DNA from: Octopus sinensis
Lineage: Eukaryota
Direction: 5' to 3'
Assembly: GCF_006345805.1 (NCBI RefSeq)
Contig: NC_042999.1
Coordinates: 143,654,001-143,718,000, forward strand
DNA: 64,000 nucleotides
The position numbers and the translations under genes are program-made. This document shows, piece after piece, positions 53,036 through 64,000 of the stretch. Under the pieces are notes generated by a model. The model searched no databases. It was not told the DNA's origin and saw only the letters and a program-made list of their open reading frames with translations. Position 1 is the stretch's first letter. Each line of letters begins with the position of its first letter.

Positions 53036-53374
53036 AGGGTAAAGACCCCCTTCGGTCATGAATGACCATGGGATTGCACCTAGAAAGTTACCCTCCTAGA
53101 CACAAGTCTGGGCAAGGTTGTTTTTATGGAAGGCCAGCAGTCGCCCATGCATACCAGCCTCCCCTCTCCACGCCACCAGTGTTATCCAAGGGAAAGACAA
53201 AGGTCGATACAGCTTGGTACCAGTGACGTCGCAACTCATTTCTACAGCTGAGTGAACTGGAGCAACGTGAAATAAAGTGCCTTGCTCGAGAACACAACAC
53301 GCAGCCCGGTCCGGGATTCGAGCTCACAACCTCACGATCGTAAGCTCGACGCTCTAACCACTGAGCCATGCGCC
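53036..53374 (-). mobile_element. SINE family C, full length (tRNA head, CORE/V-like domain, RTE-like tail)
   Basis: Sense GGCGCATGGCTCAGTGGTTAGAGCG (A box)...GAGCTCGAATCCCGG (B box), then GAGCAAGGCACTTTATTTCAC...CTCAGCTGTAGAAATG, tail ...GACCGAAGGGGGTCTTTACCC; sits in (TA)n. Confidence 0.9.
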
Positions 53375-53420
<46 letters not shown>

Positions 53421-53423
<3 letters not shown>

Positions 53424-53900
53424 GAATGAGTGGACAAAGCAAAGAAGGACACTCAACCAATTTATTGGGAGTTACATGTATGGATCAAAACAGTTTGATT
53501 CAAATTCGTTGGTACTCTTGAGTTTCAAGCGTGGTGCTAGTCGTCAAACATTTTGAATTTGAATGACAGTAGTTGATTATTATTACCGTAAGGTGGACTG
53601 CGATTGGTCGAGGAAGGTCACACAGAGTCGTGGTTTGATGTTGGTTTATGGGTAACAATTATTTGGAAAATACCGCATGGCGAACAGCAAATTGACCACG
53701 TGGAGGACAGGAAATAGAGAACGTGGCGATTAGAAATCGGTCAGGTTGTTGAGAGGAAGTATAAAGGGGCGGCATGTGCAAGTATATAGTCCTATATGTG
53801 GGTGTGCAGGCGCGCTCATATAGTTTTGCGTGCATGTGTATATCATGTGTATATTGATGCGATTGTGCGCATCTGCATATGGGCGCGAAACGCATCTCTG

Positions 53901-53956
<56 letters not shown>

Positions 53957-54602
53957 TACACACACGCGCGCGTTTCGACGGATACCCACGCGCGCAAACG
54001 TACACACATACACTCATATACGCACACATGTACACACATACATGCATACGCACACACATGCGTATTCATTTATATGTACATATGTATATTCGCATGCATG
54101 TACGCATGCATACCAGTGTGCGCGCACACACGCATGCGCGTGTACATATGCACTCGCGCGCGCGTGAGGACACGCGCAAAAGAAGCGTTGGGTATTGGTA
54201 AGCGTTGGGAATTGGTATGTGTTGTGGGTTGGTAAACGTTGGGGATTGGTAAATGGGTTTGTTGTTAGCAGTGACCTTGGTGTAGGCGGTGCAAGGTGCA
54301 GGTGGTGTTAAGGTGGTATATCCGGATTGTCCGCAGTCGGAGGCCTGAAATTTGCCAAAAGGGCATACATTTGGTGACAGCAATACAATAAATCGTATAC
54401 TGCGGGTTGTTGGAGGATATGCAGTTTTTCGCGGAGGCATGGCTAGCAGTTGGGGGCGCTGGGTGAATATGGTGACGCTCTGTCGGCAATAGTCCACTTG
54501 ATGCTGAGTATTCTGTCATTCAAATTCAAAATGACTGACGACTAGCATCACGCTTGAAGCTCAAACGTACCAACGAATTTGAATCAAACTATTTTGATCC
54601 AT

Positions 54603-54604
<2 letters not shown>
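53421..54604 (-). mobile_element. Non-autonomous Penelope-like element, copy 2, with 92-bp inverted pLTR ends
   Basis: 53478-53569 is the reverse complement of 54513-54604; minus-strand TIYCIAVTKCMPFWQISGLRLRT (54265-54519 ORF) resembles the GIY-YIG IYCI.C..C...YIG.TGRRL motif; an HHR-like core lies in both arms. Confidence 0.75.
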
Positions 54605-54677
<73 letters not shown>

Positions 54678-54748
54678 TATATATATATATATATATATCA
54701 TGGCAAAGGCCGGGCAGAAGGGTAACACAGGAGAGCTAGGGAGAAGGT

Positions 54749-54786
<38 letters not shown>

Positions 54787-54834
54787 TATATTATATAATA
54801 TATATATATATATATATATGCATGCAATGCATAT

Positions 54835-55035
54835 ATTTGTGTCTGTGTTTGTCCCCACTCCATCCTTGACAACCGATGATGGTGTGTTTACGCCGCCGTA
54901 ACTTACCATTTCGGCAAAAGAAACCGGTACAATAAGTACTAGGCTAACAAAGAATAAGTCTTAGGGTCGATTTGCTCGACTAAAGGCGGTGCTCCAGCAT
55001 GGCCACAGTCAAATGACTGAAATAAGTGAAAGAAT
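54835..55035 (+). mobile_element. SINE family B, 3' part
   Basis: Matches 11650-11868 and 2690-2880. Confidence 0.85.
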
Positions 55036-55422
55036 AAAAGAATATATATGTATGTACGTATTTCATCTTAAAGCTTGTTGCCCATCTCATTTTTCTTTTA
55101 CATTTTTCAACGTTATCTTCTTCCTGTCTCTATTGCCTCCACAGTTGTTACACATTCTATCTCTTTCCACTTGTCCGTTACATCTTCCCCCTTCTCGCCC
55201 TTCCAAAAAAGAAAAAAAAAGAAAGAAAGAAAAAGAAAAGAAAAGGAAGAAAACTCCACTCTTTTCCTCGTCCCATATCCTGCTTTCGTTCTGTCAGCCT
55301 GTAATCTCTCTGCTTCCCGTTTTTTTTTCTCTATTGCCCAAACACTCATCACTAATTTGTACTATGTGTTACTTCTCTGCGATCAGTTGTCTTAAATACA
55401 TCCGTCATTCAGTTGAAAAATT

Positions 55423-55710
55423 ATACATACATACATACATACATACATACATACATACATACATACATACATACATACATGCATGCATGCATGCATGCAT
55501 GCATACATACATACATACATACATACATACATACACGCATACATACATGCATACATACATGCATGCATACATACATACATACATACATACATACATACAT
55601 ACATACATACATACATACATACATACATGCATGCATACATACATACATGCATGCATACATACATACATACATGCATACATACATACATACATACATACTT
55701 ACATACATAA
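55423..55710. repeat. (CATA)n/(CATG)n microsatellite
   Basis: Directly visible. Confidence 0.95.
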
Positions 55711-56510
55711 CTGTATGTATATGTATATTCATGTGTGTGTGTATGTGTGTGTGTATGAGCGCTTGTAAGTGTGCATCTTATAGATGCATGTGTATATATT
55801 TGTGTGTCTATATATGTGCGTATCCTGATAAATAAAGTCACCTGTTTTTCTTTGCTCTTTGTTGGAAAATTGAGTTGCACATCTTTCTTATCCGATATTC
55901 TTTTTCCTTTAATCAACATAATTTATACTGATTGATATGATTATGATAGGCCACGTTGGAATTGAATCCGTATATTGCAATATCACTTTGATTCTCCTCC
56001 TCAAAAGACGAGATATTTCATCAAATTTTATTCATATCTACGTTCATTTATATACAAACAAGCATACATGTATAGCATATACCCACATATATTATACGAG
56101 CAGACACGCATATATTATTACTACAGTTGCGAAGGGACAAATAATAAGTATTTAATAATGAAAGAACTCTCTAATGTTATAGAGTAAAATATATTTTTTA
56201 TATAGATGCTGACTGTGGCTTCACCCTCTCTCGTGGGTTATTGAATCAGTGAGCAAAATACAGAGTTTTAGATAGTTTTAGATAGTTATGCATGAAAAAT
56301 GATATGGAGACAGTCGGAGTTTCAAATGACTGAAATAATTTTCGCCGGCTATTAGATAGTAGTAGCAAATAAAATTTTAAATTGTGGAGTTTAAAAAACC
56401 TCCAATTTATGTAACAGAGAAATGAAATTTCTTTTTCATAAAAAGAAAACTATATATAGAAAACTATATAGATAGATACACAAACTATATCGTACGTAAA
56501 ACGTAGTGTT

Positions 56511-56703
56511 TTATTTACATTATGTACAGTTGGCGGATATTTGTCCTCGTCTTGTGTTAACAACGTTTCGGCTGATATACCCTTCAGCCTTCATCAGGTG
56601 TCTTGGGGAAATTTTGAACTTGGGTTAACAACAAACAAGATGAAGACAAATATCCGTCAACTGTAAATAATGTACATAATTCCTCATCTCTTAAATATAG
56701 AAC
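56511..56703. mobile_element. Short element with about 50-bp inverted repeats enclosing an HHR-like core (Penelope-derived)
   Basis: 56511-56561 versus 56624-56679 inverted; minus strand CTGATGA A GGCTGA AGGGTATA TCAGCC GAAAC (56565-56597). Confidence 0.7.
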
Positions 56704-58726
56704 AGTAAAAGGTAGTGTTGTTTGAGAAATGACTCATATTCATATCTGAAGCTTTAAAGCAACTGAAAACTAAACTTAATAGTCAAAATATATGTACTTG
56801 TTTGAGTCTGTTAATTACTATTTAAATGTGTGTGTAGTTAAGGGCAGAAAGGGCCCATATAATTCTTAACAAATTGATTTCACAATTCCTACAGTTAGTA
56901 GAAATTTGCAAATATTTATACCGTAAATACTAGGATACATAAAATAAACAAAGCGGAACAGAATAAATCAAAAGTTAAAAAACTATAAGATTAACAATGC
57001 TCAATATTGCTTATTCCATTGCCATGAAAGTTTAAGTGCACAACCTACTCTTTTGAGCTCTTTTGAAAACAGAAGAGACTGTCGAAAATGTGTTAATTTT
57101 TGTTGCTATTTTATAGTTAGTTCACGCAGAATCAATGCCATAGATATTCGGACAGATTTTAAGTACATTCTCACAAAATTTAGACGGAATGTACTTTGCC
57201 TTGATCTATCTATTCATCATTACCCACGCTGTGTAGTGAAATTTTGATTTTCTATATTGGTTTATTCTACAATACTATCAATAACGCGTAATATTTCTGT
57301 CTCCAGCTTTCTGAAACTAGATAAGCCACATAATGTAAAACAAGCAAATCTAGTTATTTAATGTTTAAATGATTCTTTTACAAATATGGTACATTTGTCT
57401 TTTTTTTTTTTAACCAACAATCTAGAATCAAAGGGAAATAGTGATGATTGTTGTCGGTAAAAATCAGCTCAGAAGAGTTCTGAACTATCAGAACTCACCT
57501 CTTACGAACTCAGTTTATATGAATTTAGCTTTTAATTTGACATAGTTTAATCACGTACAAAATTTCTTTGTGAATGAATCACAGGTAGTTTAATTTCTAC
57601 TAGACTCGCACTGATTACTGTAAATTCAAGCGGATAAACTGTGGGTGTCAATCACTGCTAGAAAATTTAAATTGTGAAAGTCATGAATATAGTAGAAGGC
57701 CTCGGGTGAAGCCTTGTGTAACACAGCGCACTGCCTCATTTTTGAAACGCTTCAATTCTATTAGAGACGTATTGTTATAGTTTAAGAAAGATTTTGTGTC
57801 AGACCAGTAAACTAACGAATAACGTATTAAAATATAACTCACACAAAAAAAGAAAAATGCGATGGTTTAGAGTCTGAAAAGACTTTGATGTGTCACAGTG
57901 TTAAAAGCTACCATTCAAATCAACGAGCATCCCATTCACTGTGTTCTATATCTAGCTTTAATAGTTAGTCAGTCAAAAGAAATATATTTTACTATAAATT
58001 ACACTGAAGCACCTGACTACTAAAATATGCGGTCCTAATACAAAAGTATTTTAATAATGAAATAACTTTTTTCTTTAGTTTGAATACAGTCTTTTAAATG
58101 TATTTGACTGATATTTTATAGTAGAAAGAGAAAAGACAAGTCAGTGAAGGAAGCGCACATATTCAGTTTGTGATTATTTTTATTTTAGAGGACTACTTTA
58201 GCTGGTTTATATAATTCAAAGAAAGAAGAGTAGTTTCAAAAAACTTCAGTGGTGTATAGTACGTTAAAAACACACATGCGCACACACACATACACATATA
58301 CAAACACAAACAAATGAAAAAGAAGAGCGAGCAGGTATGTTTGTAGTCATTGAAAGTTTATGGGCAGGCGGGTATTTCTGAAACACAAATGCCATCTATG
58401 AAAGCGAAAAAGTATTGCACAAATTCATCAGACCTTTTTAAGAGACAATTATAGATATCAAGAACAATTCAACATCTTTGACTTTCAATGAATCACGCGT
58501 TTCCATATGTGAATGAATGCTATTATATGTCTGTCTGTCTGCTTGTCGGTTTGTCTGTGTGTCTGTATGTGTGTACGTATAAATATATACGTGTGATTTT
58601 CGTTAAGTATCGTACACAAAGAAACATTAACTGAATAACAACTCATTTAAGTAGAGTATCAAATGCCTTTTACAAGGCAAAGGTTGACAGTTGCTGTATG
58701 TCTGTCTCTGTCTCATATATATATAT

Positions 58727-58959
58727 ATTTCTTTACTACCTACAAGGGGCTAAACATAGATGGAACAAACAAGGACAGACAAAGGGATTAAGTCGATTAC
58801 ATCGACCCCAGTGCGAAACTGGTACTTTATTTATCGACCCCGAAAGGATGAAAGGCAAAGTCGGACCTCGGCAGAATTTGAACTCAGAACGTAACGACAG
58901 ACGAAATACTGCTAAGCATTTCGCCCGGCGTGCTAACGTCTCTGCCAGCTCACAGCCTT
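58727..58959 (-). mobile_element. SINE family A, full length
   Basis: Near-identical to 4926-5159. Confidence 0.9.
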
Positions 58960-58963
58960 CATG

Positions 58964-59001
<38 letters not shown>

Positions 59002-59021
59002 ATATATGCATGCATCAACAG

Positions 59022-59054
<33 letters not shown>

Positions 59055-59109
59055 TGAATGTATGTATGTATATATATTTATATATATTTATATATATATA
59101 TGTATATAC

Positions 59110-59144
<35 letters not shown>

Positions 59145-59151
<7 letters not shown>

Positions 59152-59395
59152 CAAAATCCACCAAACAATGACTGTGTGTCACTGTGGGTTTAAAGCACGA
59201 AGAAAAGCTGGGTTAGCTGTCCACTCGAGAAGACATTTTGAACCAACGAATACATGCAGGTGTACCATTTGCGAGAAAGTGTGCATGACATCTGCTGGAT
59301 TGAAGGTACACATGCGGTGTCACAAGGCTTAGGAATTGTTGAAGGTTATTTACTGAACCCTCATTCATCGTCTTCGATGAGAGAATGCACCATAT
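59145..59395 (+). mobile_element. RTE-type LINE extreme 3' end with two C2H2 fingers
   Basis: [20 protein letters not shown] and [21 protein letters not shown] followed by a stop, a short UTR and a (TACA)n tail; no splice signals. Confidence 0.65.
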
Positions 59396-59423
59396 ATATA
59401 CATACATACATACATACATACAT

Positions 59424-59501
<78 letters not shown>

Positions 59502-59502
59502 C

Positions 59503-61810
59503 ACGGGTGTTATTTTGTCGATGCCTAGAGCTTCGTCGAGAACGTCGTCACTGTTCCCAGCGCTTAATTCTCGATATTTAGCAAGAGCGAAAGCGCTTGA
59601 CGACATTCTAAATATCAAGTCTTCGTTTGACCCAACGCTGCAACCTCATCAAAGAGACTAACCCGTAGAATAAGAAAGGTCACACGAACAGTTGCTACAC
59701 CCACTCATCGTCCAGGAATTTCTGTTGGTAGCAAAACCCGTGAACATGTCTGAGTTTCAGTAGCCACAACATCTCTATCCCACTAGAAACCGAAGAGTAG
59801 ACGCTCCATTCTGATCAGTCAGTAATGGGGCAAGGCATACTGGTCAAGAAGTAAACGGTGGTGATGTAGACAGTTACTGCCTTTGCTCAACCTTTTAGAG
59901 ACCGCTCCCTTTCTACCCATTTTTGGGTGAAAGTAGACACCCTGTTCATTACTATATCTCAATAAAAGCCTGCTTGGAGGTCGTTAGCAAACTAGACCCT
60001 AAGTACATTAGTAGATCCATCATCTAGATAGACTTGCCTTTCCGGGTGTAGAGCTTCAAAACTACCGACTTGTTCGGGTTTAATTTGGTGCCTACCACCA
60101 TTTCATATTCATTTATAATAGTTTTTGATCGCCTTCACTTTGGTGTTATTCGACACCAATAATGATAACGACATTCGCATACGCCAAAACTGCCATCCCA
60201 GGTCTCAATTTTAAAGGAGTGCTCTCAAACGTTCAAACTCTCAAAGTAGTGGCTTGAGATCCAGAATATGCAAAAGATATGAGAGGTAGCCGTTTGCTTT
60301 CATCACCGAGTGATTGCAGTGATCCAGCTCCTGAAAACTTGAGACCGCTCCCAGGAGAACTTCAACAGTAGCCAACTCTGAAACTTTTGGTGCTGCAAAT
60401 TTATCGGGAACCCACAGAAGGGGTCTGTAATGTAACGCATGTGGTGGAGTTTGTCATGGATGGCCCTATTTGGGATCGAACACATTCGCGCTTCCTCGAG
60501 TAGACCACCGATCTTCTGTGCTAATGCCTCGGCCAAAAACTTAATGTGTTTGTCTCTGTCAATTTGTCGTCTCGTGTTTCAGCTATAGCTTTTTCAAGAC
60601 AGCATTTGTGTTTCACGTTGACGAAATGAATGAGAGCTATTCACAATGCTAATACGTTGATTGCGATAGCTCTACTATTGGGTTGGTGCATAGTTATTGC
60701 AGCTTTTGTTTTTTCAACAAATTTTATTCAACAAAAACAATAATAACATGTAGCAAAAACATCTTTAAATGATTATTCCGGAGCATATTCACGATCTACT
60801 TCAATTACTGCTTCCCATTTGCATGGCAGACGATCAGACCGTCATTAAAAGATGTTTTTGTTAAATATTGTTATTGTTTTTATTGAATAAAATTTGCTGA
60901 AAAAAAGCCGCAATAATTATGCACCAACCCAATAGTTGTCTCAGTGGATTGCTAACTAGCTTCTCCCTGCAATCTATTTTTTTCTACAGCTAGCTATTTA
61001 CCAGACATTACTGGTTCCCTGTAGTATCTGCGTGCCAGTAAAAACTCATTCAGAATCTAGTAACCGGATCCGTACCTATAAATCCTATCTAAGTTGACCG
61101 AGGAAGTCACAAATTTGTAGTGTGTGTAGCTGACAAGTTTAAACTGTGGGTATCCAACACTTCTAACAAACCTAACAAATTACCTAGATACAGTCTGGAT
61201 GACCCACTGTGGTTACTCCATATCCAAACTGGCACATCCAGGAAGTCCAATCAGTATCTATCAAAGAGTTGAAAACATCTGAACATATGTTCGTGACATG
61301 CACAAGTCCCACTCAATCCCACTGTGTATTTTGAATGCAATTTCAACCCTACTAGTACCAGAGATCGGAAGATCCGTAGGAAATCTTTCAGATTTCTGAA
61401 GAAATCGAGCCGTTCTGACCTTGTCTAGATACTACTAGTCTCACGGCATCTCTTTCGCTGTTGTTCTCGTCCAATATCATTGACTTACTGTCCGGAGCCA
61501 AGAATGTTGTCCACAGCTCAAGATAAAGTATATCTGGAATTACTCTACCAACTCACCACCCGATCTCCATAGGCCATCAAAAATTGGTTCGCATGCGTGC
61601 GCTCTAGATAATTCATCTGCTCAAGCTGATGGTTACCACATTTATGTCTAATGACCCGAGATCATTGAGCAAGTGACCAAGCTTCCAAGCTGACCCAGAT
61701 CACCTACATTTATGCCTGCTAGTCTTTGTACAGCTGATGTCTGCTGAGGAAAAACAAATGAAGAGATCACTCACCTGGTCCTTGAGAAGTCTTGTAGATC
61801 TGGTTCTCTC
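59503..61810 (-). mobile_element. Tx1/L1 LINE fossil (APE endonuclease plus RT), interrupted by a mariner MITE
   Basis: EN: WIWSNHSGSSRLYL and PQFKLVSYTHYKFV...GSGY*ILN; RT: LAQKIGGLLEEARMCSIPNRAIHDKLHHMRYI and AVLAYANVVIII; downstream KYRELSAGNSDDVLDEALG. Confidence 0.85.
60678..60932. mobile_element. Mariner-derived MITE (255 bp), TA TSD
   Basis: TA|TTGGGTTGGTGCATAGTTATTGCAGC...GCCGCAATAATTATGCACCAACCCAA|TA with about 95-bp TIRs resembling Hsmar1/MADE1 ends; the interior encodes DRLPCKWEAVIEVD.EY (mariner C-terminus, minus strand). Confidence 0.92.
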
Positions 61811-62093
61811 GTCTGTTAAGAGGGAAATTTCAAAAGGCCTTTCAAAAACATTTTTATTGTGATTTTTTTAAAGAGCCCTTATATAAAAAGGAAGTGATCT
61901 CTTTATCTCTTTATGTATGTCAGTCTGTTTGCAGCAACAGCCTATCTTTGAGAGTTTGGGGGAGAAGTCTTCCTATTGGTGATTATTTTTCTGCTTTTTA
62001 TCACCTTGTCCATCAATATGATATCATTCTTTCTCCATACATACATACATGCATACATACATACATACATACATACATACATACATACATACA

Positions 62094-62129
<36 letters not shown>

Positions 62130-62131
62130 TA

Positions 62132-62222
<91 letters not shown>

Positions 62223-62249
62223 GTATATGAAAGACGGAAGATGAAAGAT

Positions 62250-63470
62250 GTAAGAATTTTTATTAATCATGACAATTGTTTCAACACATCTAACATCGAT
62301 CCCTCACGGGTCGGATACTTAACAACTGGTTCAGGGGCATCCGACGGTGCAGATGTGTCTCTTCGGGTGATAAATAGCTATAACTCGTTAAAATAGCACT
62401 TCCCCAATGTATCTTCTCATTTCGCGTAAAGCAAAGCAGGAAATTAAAGGATATAACTTCATTTATATAGAAGATCAATAACAGAATAACAAATGCAAAA
62501 AAGAAACGAACACGCAATACAGCGAGAAAAGTGTTTAATATAACCGTTAACAGATATGGATATATAAACGTTCTCGCGTAAGTTGTATGGTGCATATACG
62601 CTCTCTCATACAGGCATCCACGAAGATGTAATCACGCGCACACGTGTGGTTCGGTGCATATACGTCCACATACAGAGTTAAATAGCTACTTGGTATTTAT
62701 AAGAATGGAGAGGTTAAAGCTAAACTTAATTCATTCATACTTTAAAGTAAAGTATGTGGACAGTTACTCAAATTCATTCTCACTGCATTATGCAAAAGTA
62801 CACTTGTATGCATGTAGGCATCTTGAGAGTCTTTCAGAAATTCTATTAATGATATTTTCGTTGGTCCACAGAATATACAGGGATTCCTCGGAGCAAAGTC
62901 GGCATCTGCTGGAAATGATATTATATGGTTTTGCGTTCCTTACTATGGACCAAGTTATGTTATACTTTATTTTATCTTCCTTCAGTCATCATACAAATAC
63001 ATCGAAAAATGTTGAATGTCTCTTATTGATTTTCTTGAAGCTGGCGACATGGTTGCAATAACGATTCTTGAATGAATCAGCTGTTTGCCCAATATAAATA
63101 TACAGTATACTCCTTGAGTACACGGTACATTTATATAGAAGATTTGTACTCATATGGGGGTTCATGAATGGGCATTTTGATTTTTCTCTGCATGAGCATT
63201 TATTATATTTATTTCTATATACGGCAGTTCTGACTTCATTTTCCGAAGTTGTTGGTGTGTTAGCTATATCATAGTCATTTCTACTATCACAATTTGGCCG
63301 TATTTGGTGCCTTTCATTGTGGTTGACATTTCCTTCGTTGGTACTTAGATGCGTATGCTTGCTAGATCCAGTACGTGGGTTACTGAACTGTTGTTGCATT
63401 TTACTATTGTTTATGCGGTGCATTTGCTGCTCTAAATTAGTAGAGTTAGCATAGGTTACCTTTACAGTGT
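62250..63470 (-). mobile_element. 5'-truncated Penelope-like element (GIY-YIG endonuclease plus 3' UTR)
   Basis: CSCREKSKCP......NLLYKCTVYS....IYIGQTADSFKNRYCNHVASFK..NKRHST..VFV**LKEDKIKYNITWSIVRNAKPYN..SSRCRLCSEESLYIL...N..SERLSRCLH. Confidence 0.9.
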
Positions 63471-63489
63471 GCCGATTATATATATATAT

Positions 63490-63700
63490 ATATATATATA
63501 TTCGCCATGATAGATCACTAGCCATTATACATTCTTTATTTTCTCTCTTTGTTTCTTTCTGTGTTCCTTTCTGTGGAAGAGCGTCGGCTTGAAACGTTAA
63601 AGACTTTTCCACTTCCCGAGCGTTAAACTAATACATCTGTTTGTTGTCTACACCACCTGTCTTCGTCTTTTGTTTTTTGTTTGTGAATTCTCCCTCCTCC
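63490..63700 (+). mobile_element. Penelope-like pLTR in opposite orientation to the adjacent GIY-YIG element
   Basis: Homologous to 43100-43285; HHR-like fold at 63567-63603. Confidence 0.65.
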
Positions 63701-64000
63701 CCTATATATATATATATATATGCATGCACACATACACACACATCCTTAGTTTGTTACATGAATTAGTCGCGTAGACCTTTCTCTTTCCAGTTACTTGTTT
63801 TGTTTTTTCCTCTGTTCTTGTAAAATCCTACTGTTTTAGTAATTTTGAGGGACATTTCTAAACTTCGATAATTTTTCTTCACTGCATACATCATTGCTTT
63901 TCAAACACTATATCGCAGTACTAAAGGTGTCTTCTGCGTTTAGCAATCGTCTGCCTCCTCCCTTCCGTGATAGGTAGTTCCTGTCAATATTACTACTCTT

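Noticed and set aside
53300-53374. tRNA gene
   Set aside because: It is the tRNA-derived head of SINE family C, running directly into the body shared with 16684-16932.
57490-57505. Consensus donor AG|GTGAGT on the minus strand
   Set aside because: No open frame or acceptor upstream; an isolated motif.

Overview
AT-rich, microsatellite-saturated metazoan genomic DNA. It is very probably an octopus (coleoid cephalopod) intron or intergenic stretch, judged from the SINE and LINE families, which I recognise from memory rather than from a database search. No intact host coding exon can be supported, and almost all ORFs in the supplied track are microsatellite artefacts. The window holds decayed transposons: Tx1/L1 (2), RTE (3-4), CR1 tails (2), R4/Dong-like RLE retrotransposons (3), many Penelope-like (PLE) GIY-YIG/pLTR pieces, an internally deleted piggyBac, a Tigger, several MITEs and at least three tRNA-derived SINE families. 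Two CpG-enriched candidate promoter/first-exon regions lie at about 1.6-2.3 kb and 45.6-46.5 kb. The most interesting signal is a set of at least five different small PLE-derived elements carrying type I hammerhead-ribozyme (HHR) folds. One is a 160-bp palindrome whose two arms hold complementarily damaged ribozymes, and one HHR has every core nucleotide intact (30246-30286, minus). HHRs in PLEs are known in general, but these families and arrangements may be undescribed. Other notable patterns are R4/Dong-like fragments bounded by (CATA)n and SINE concatemers that always join at the same hairpin-forming junction.
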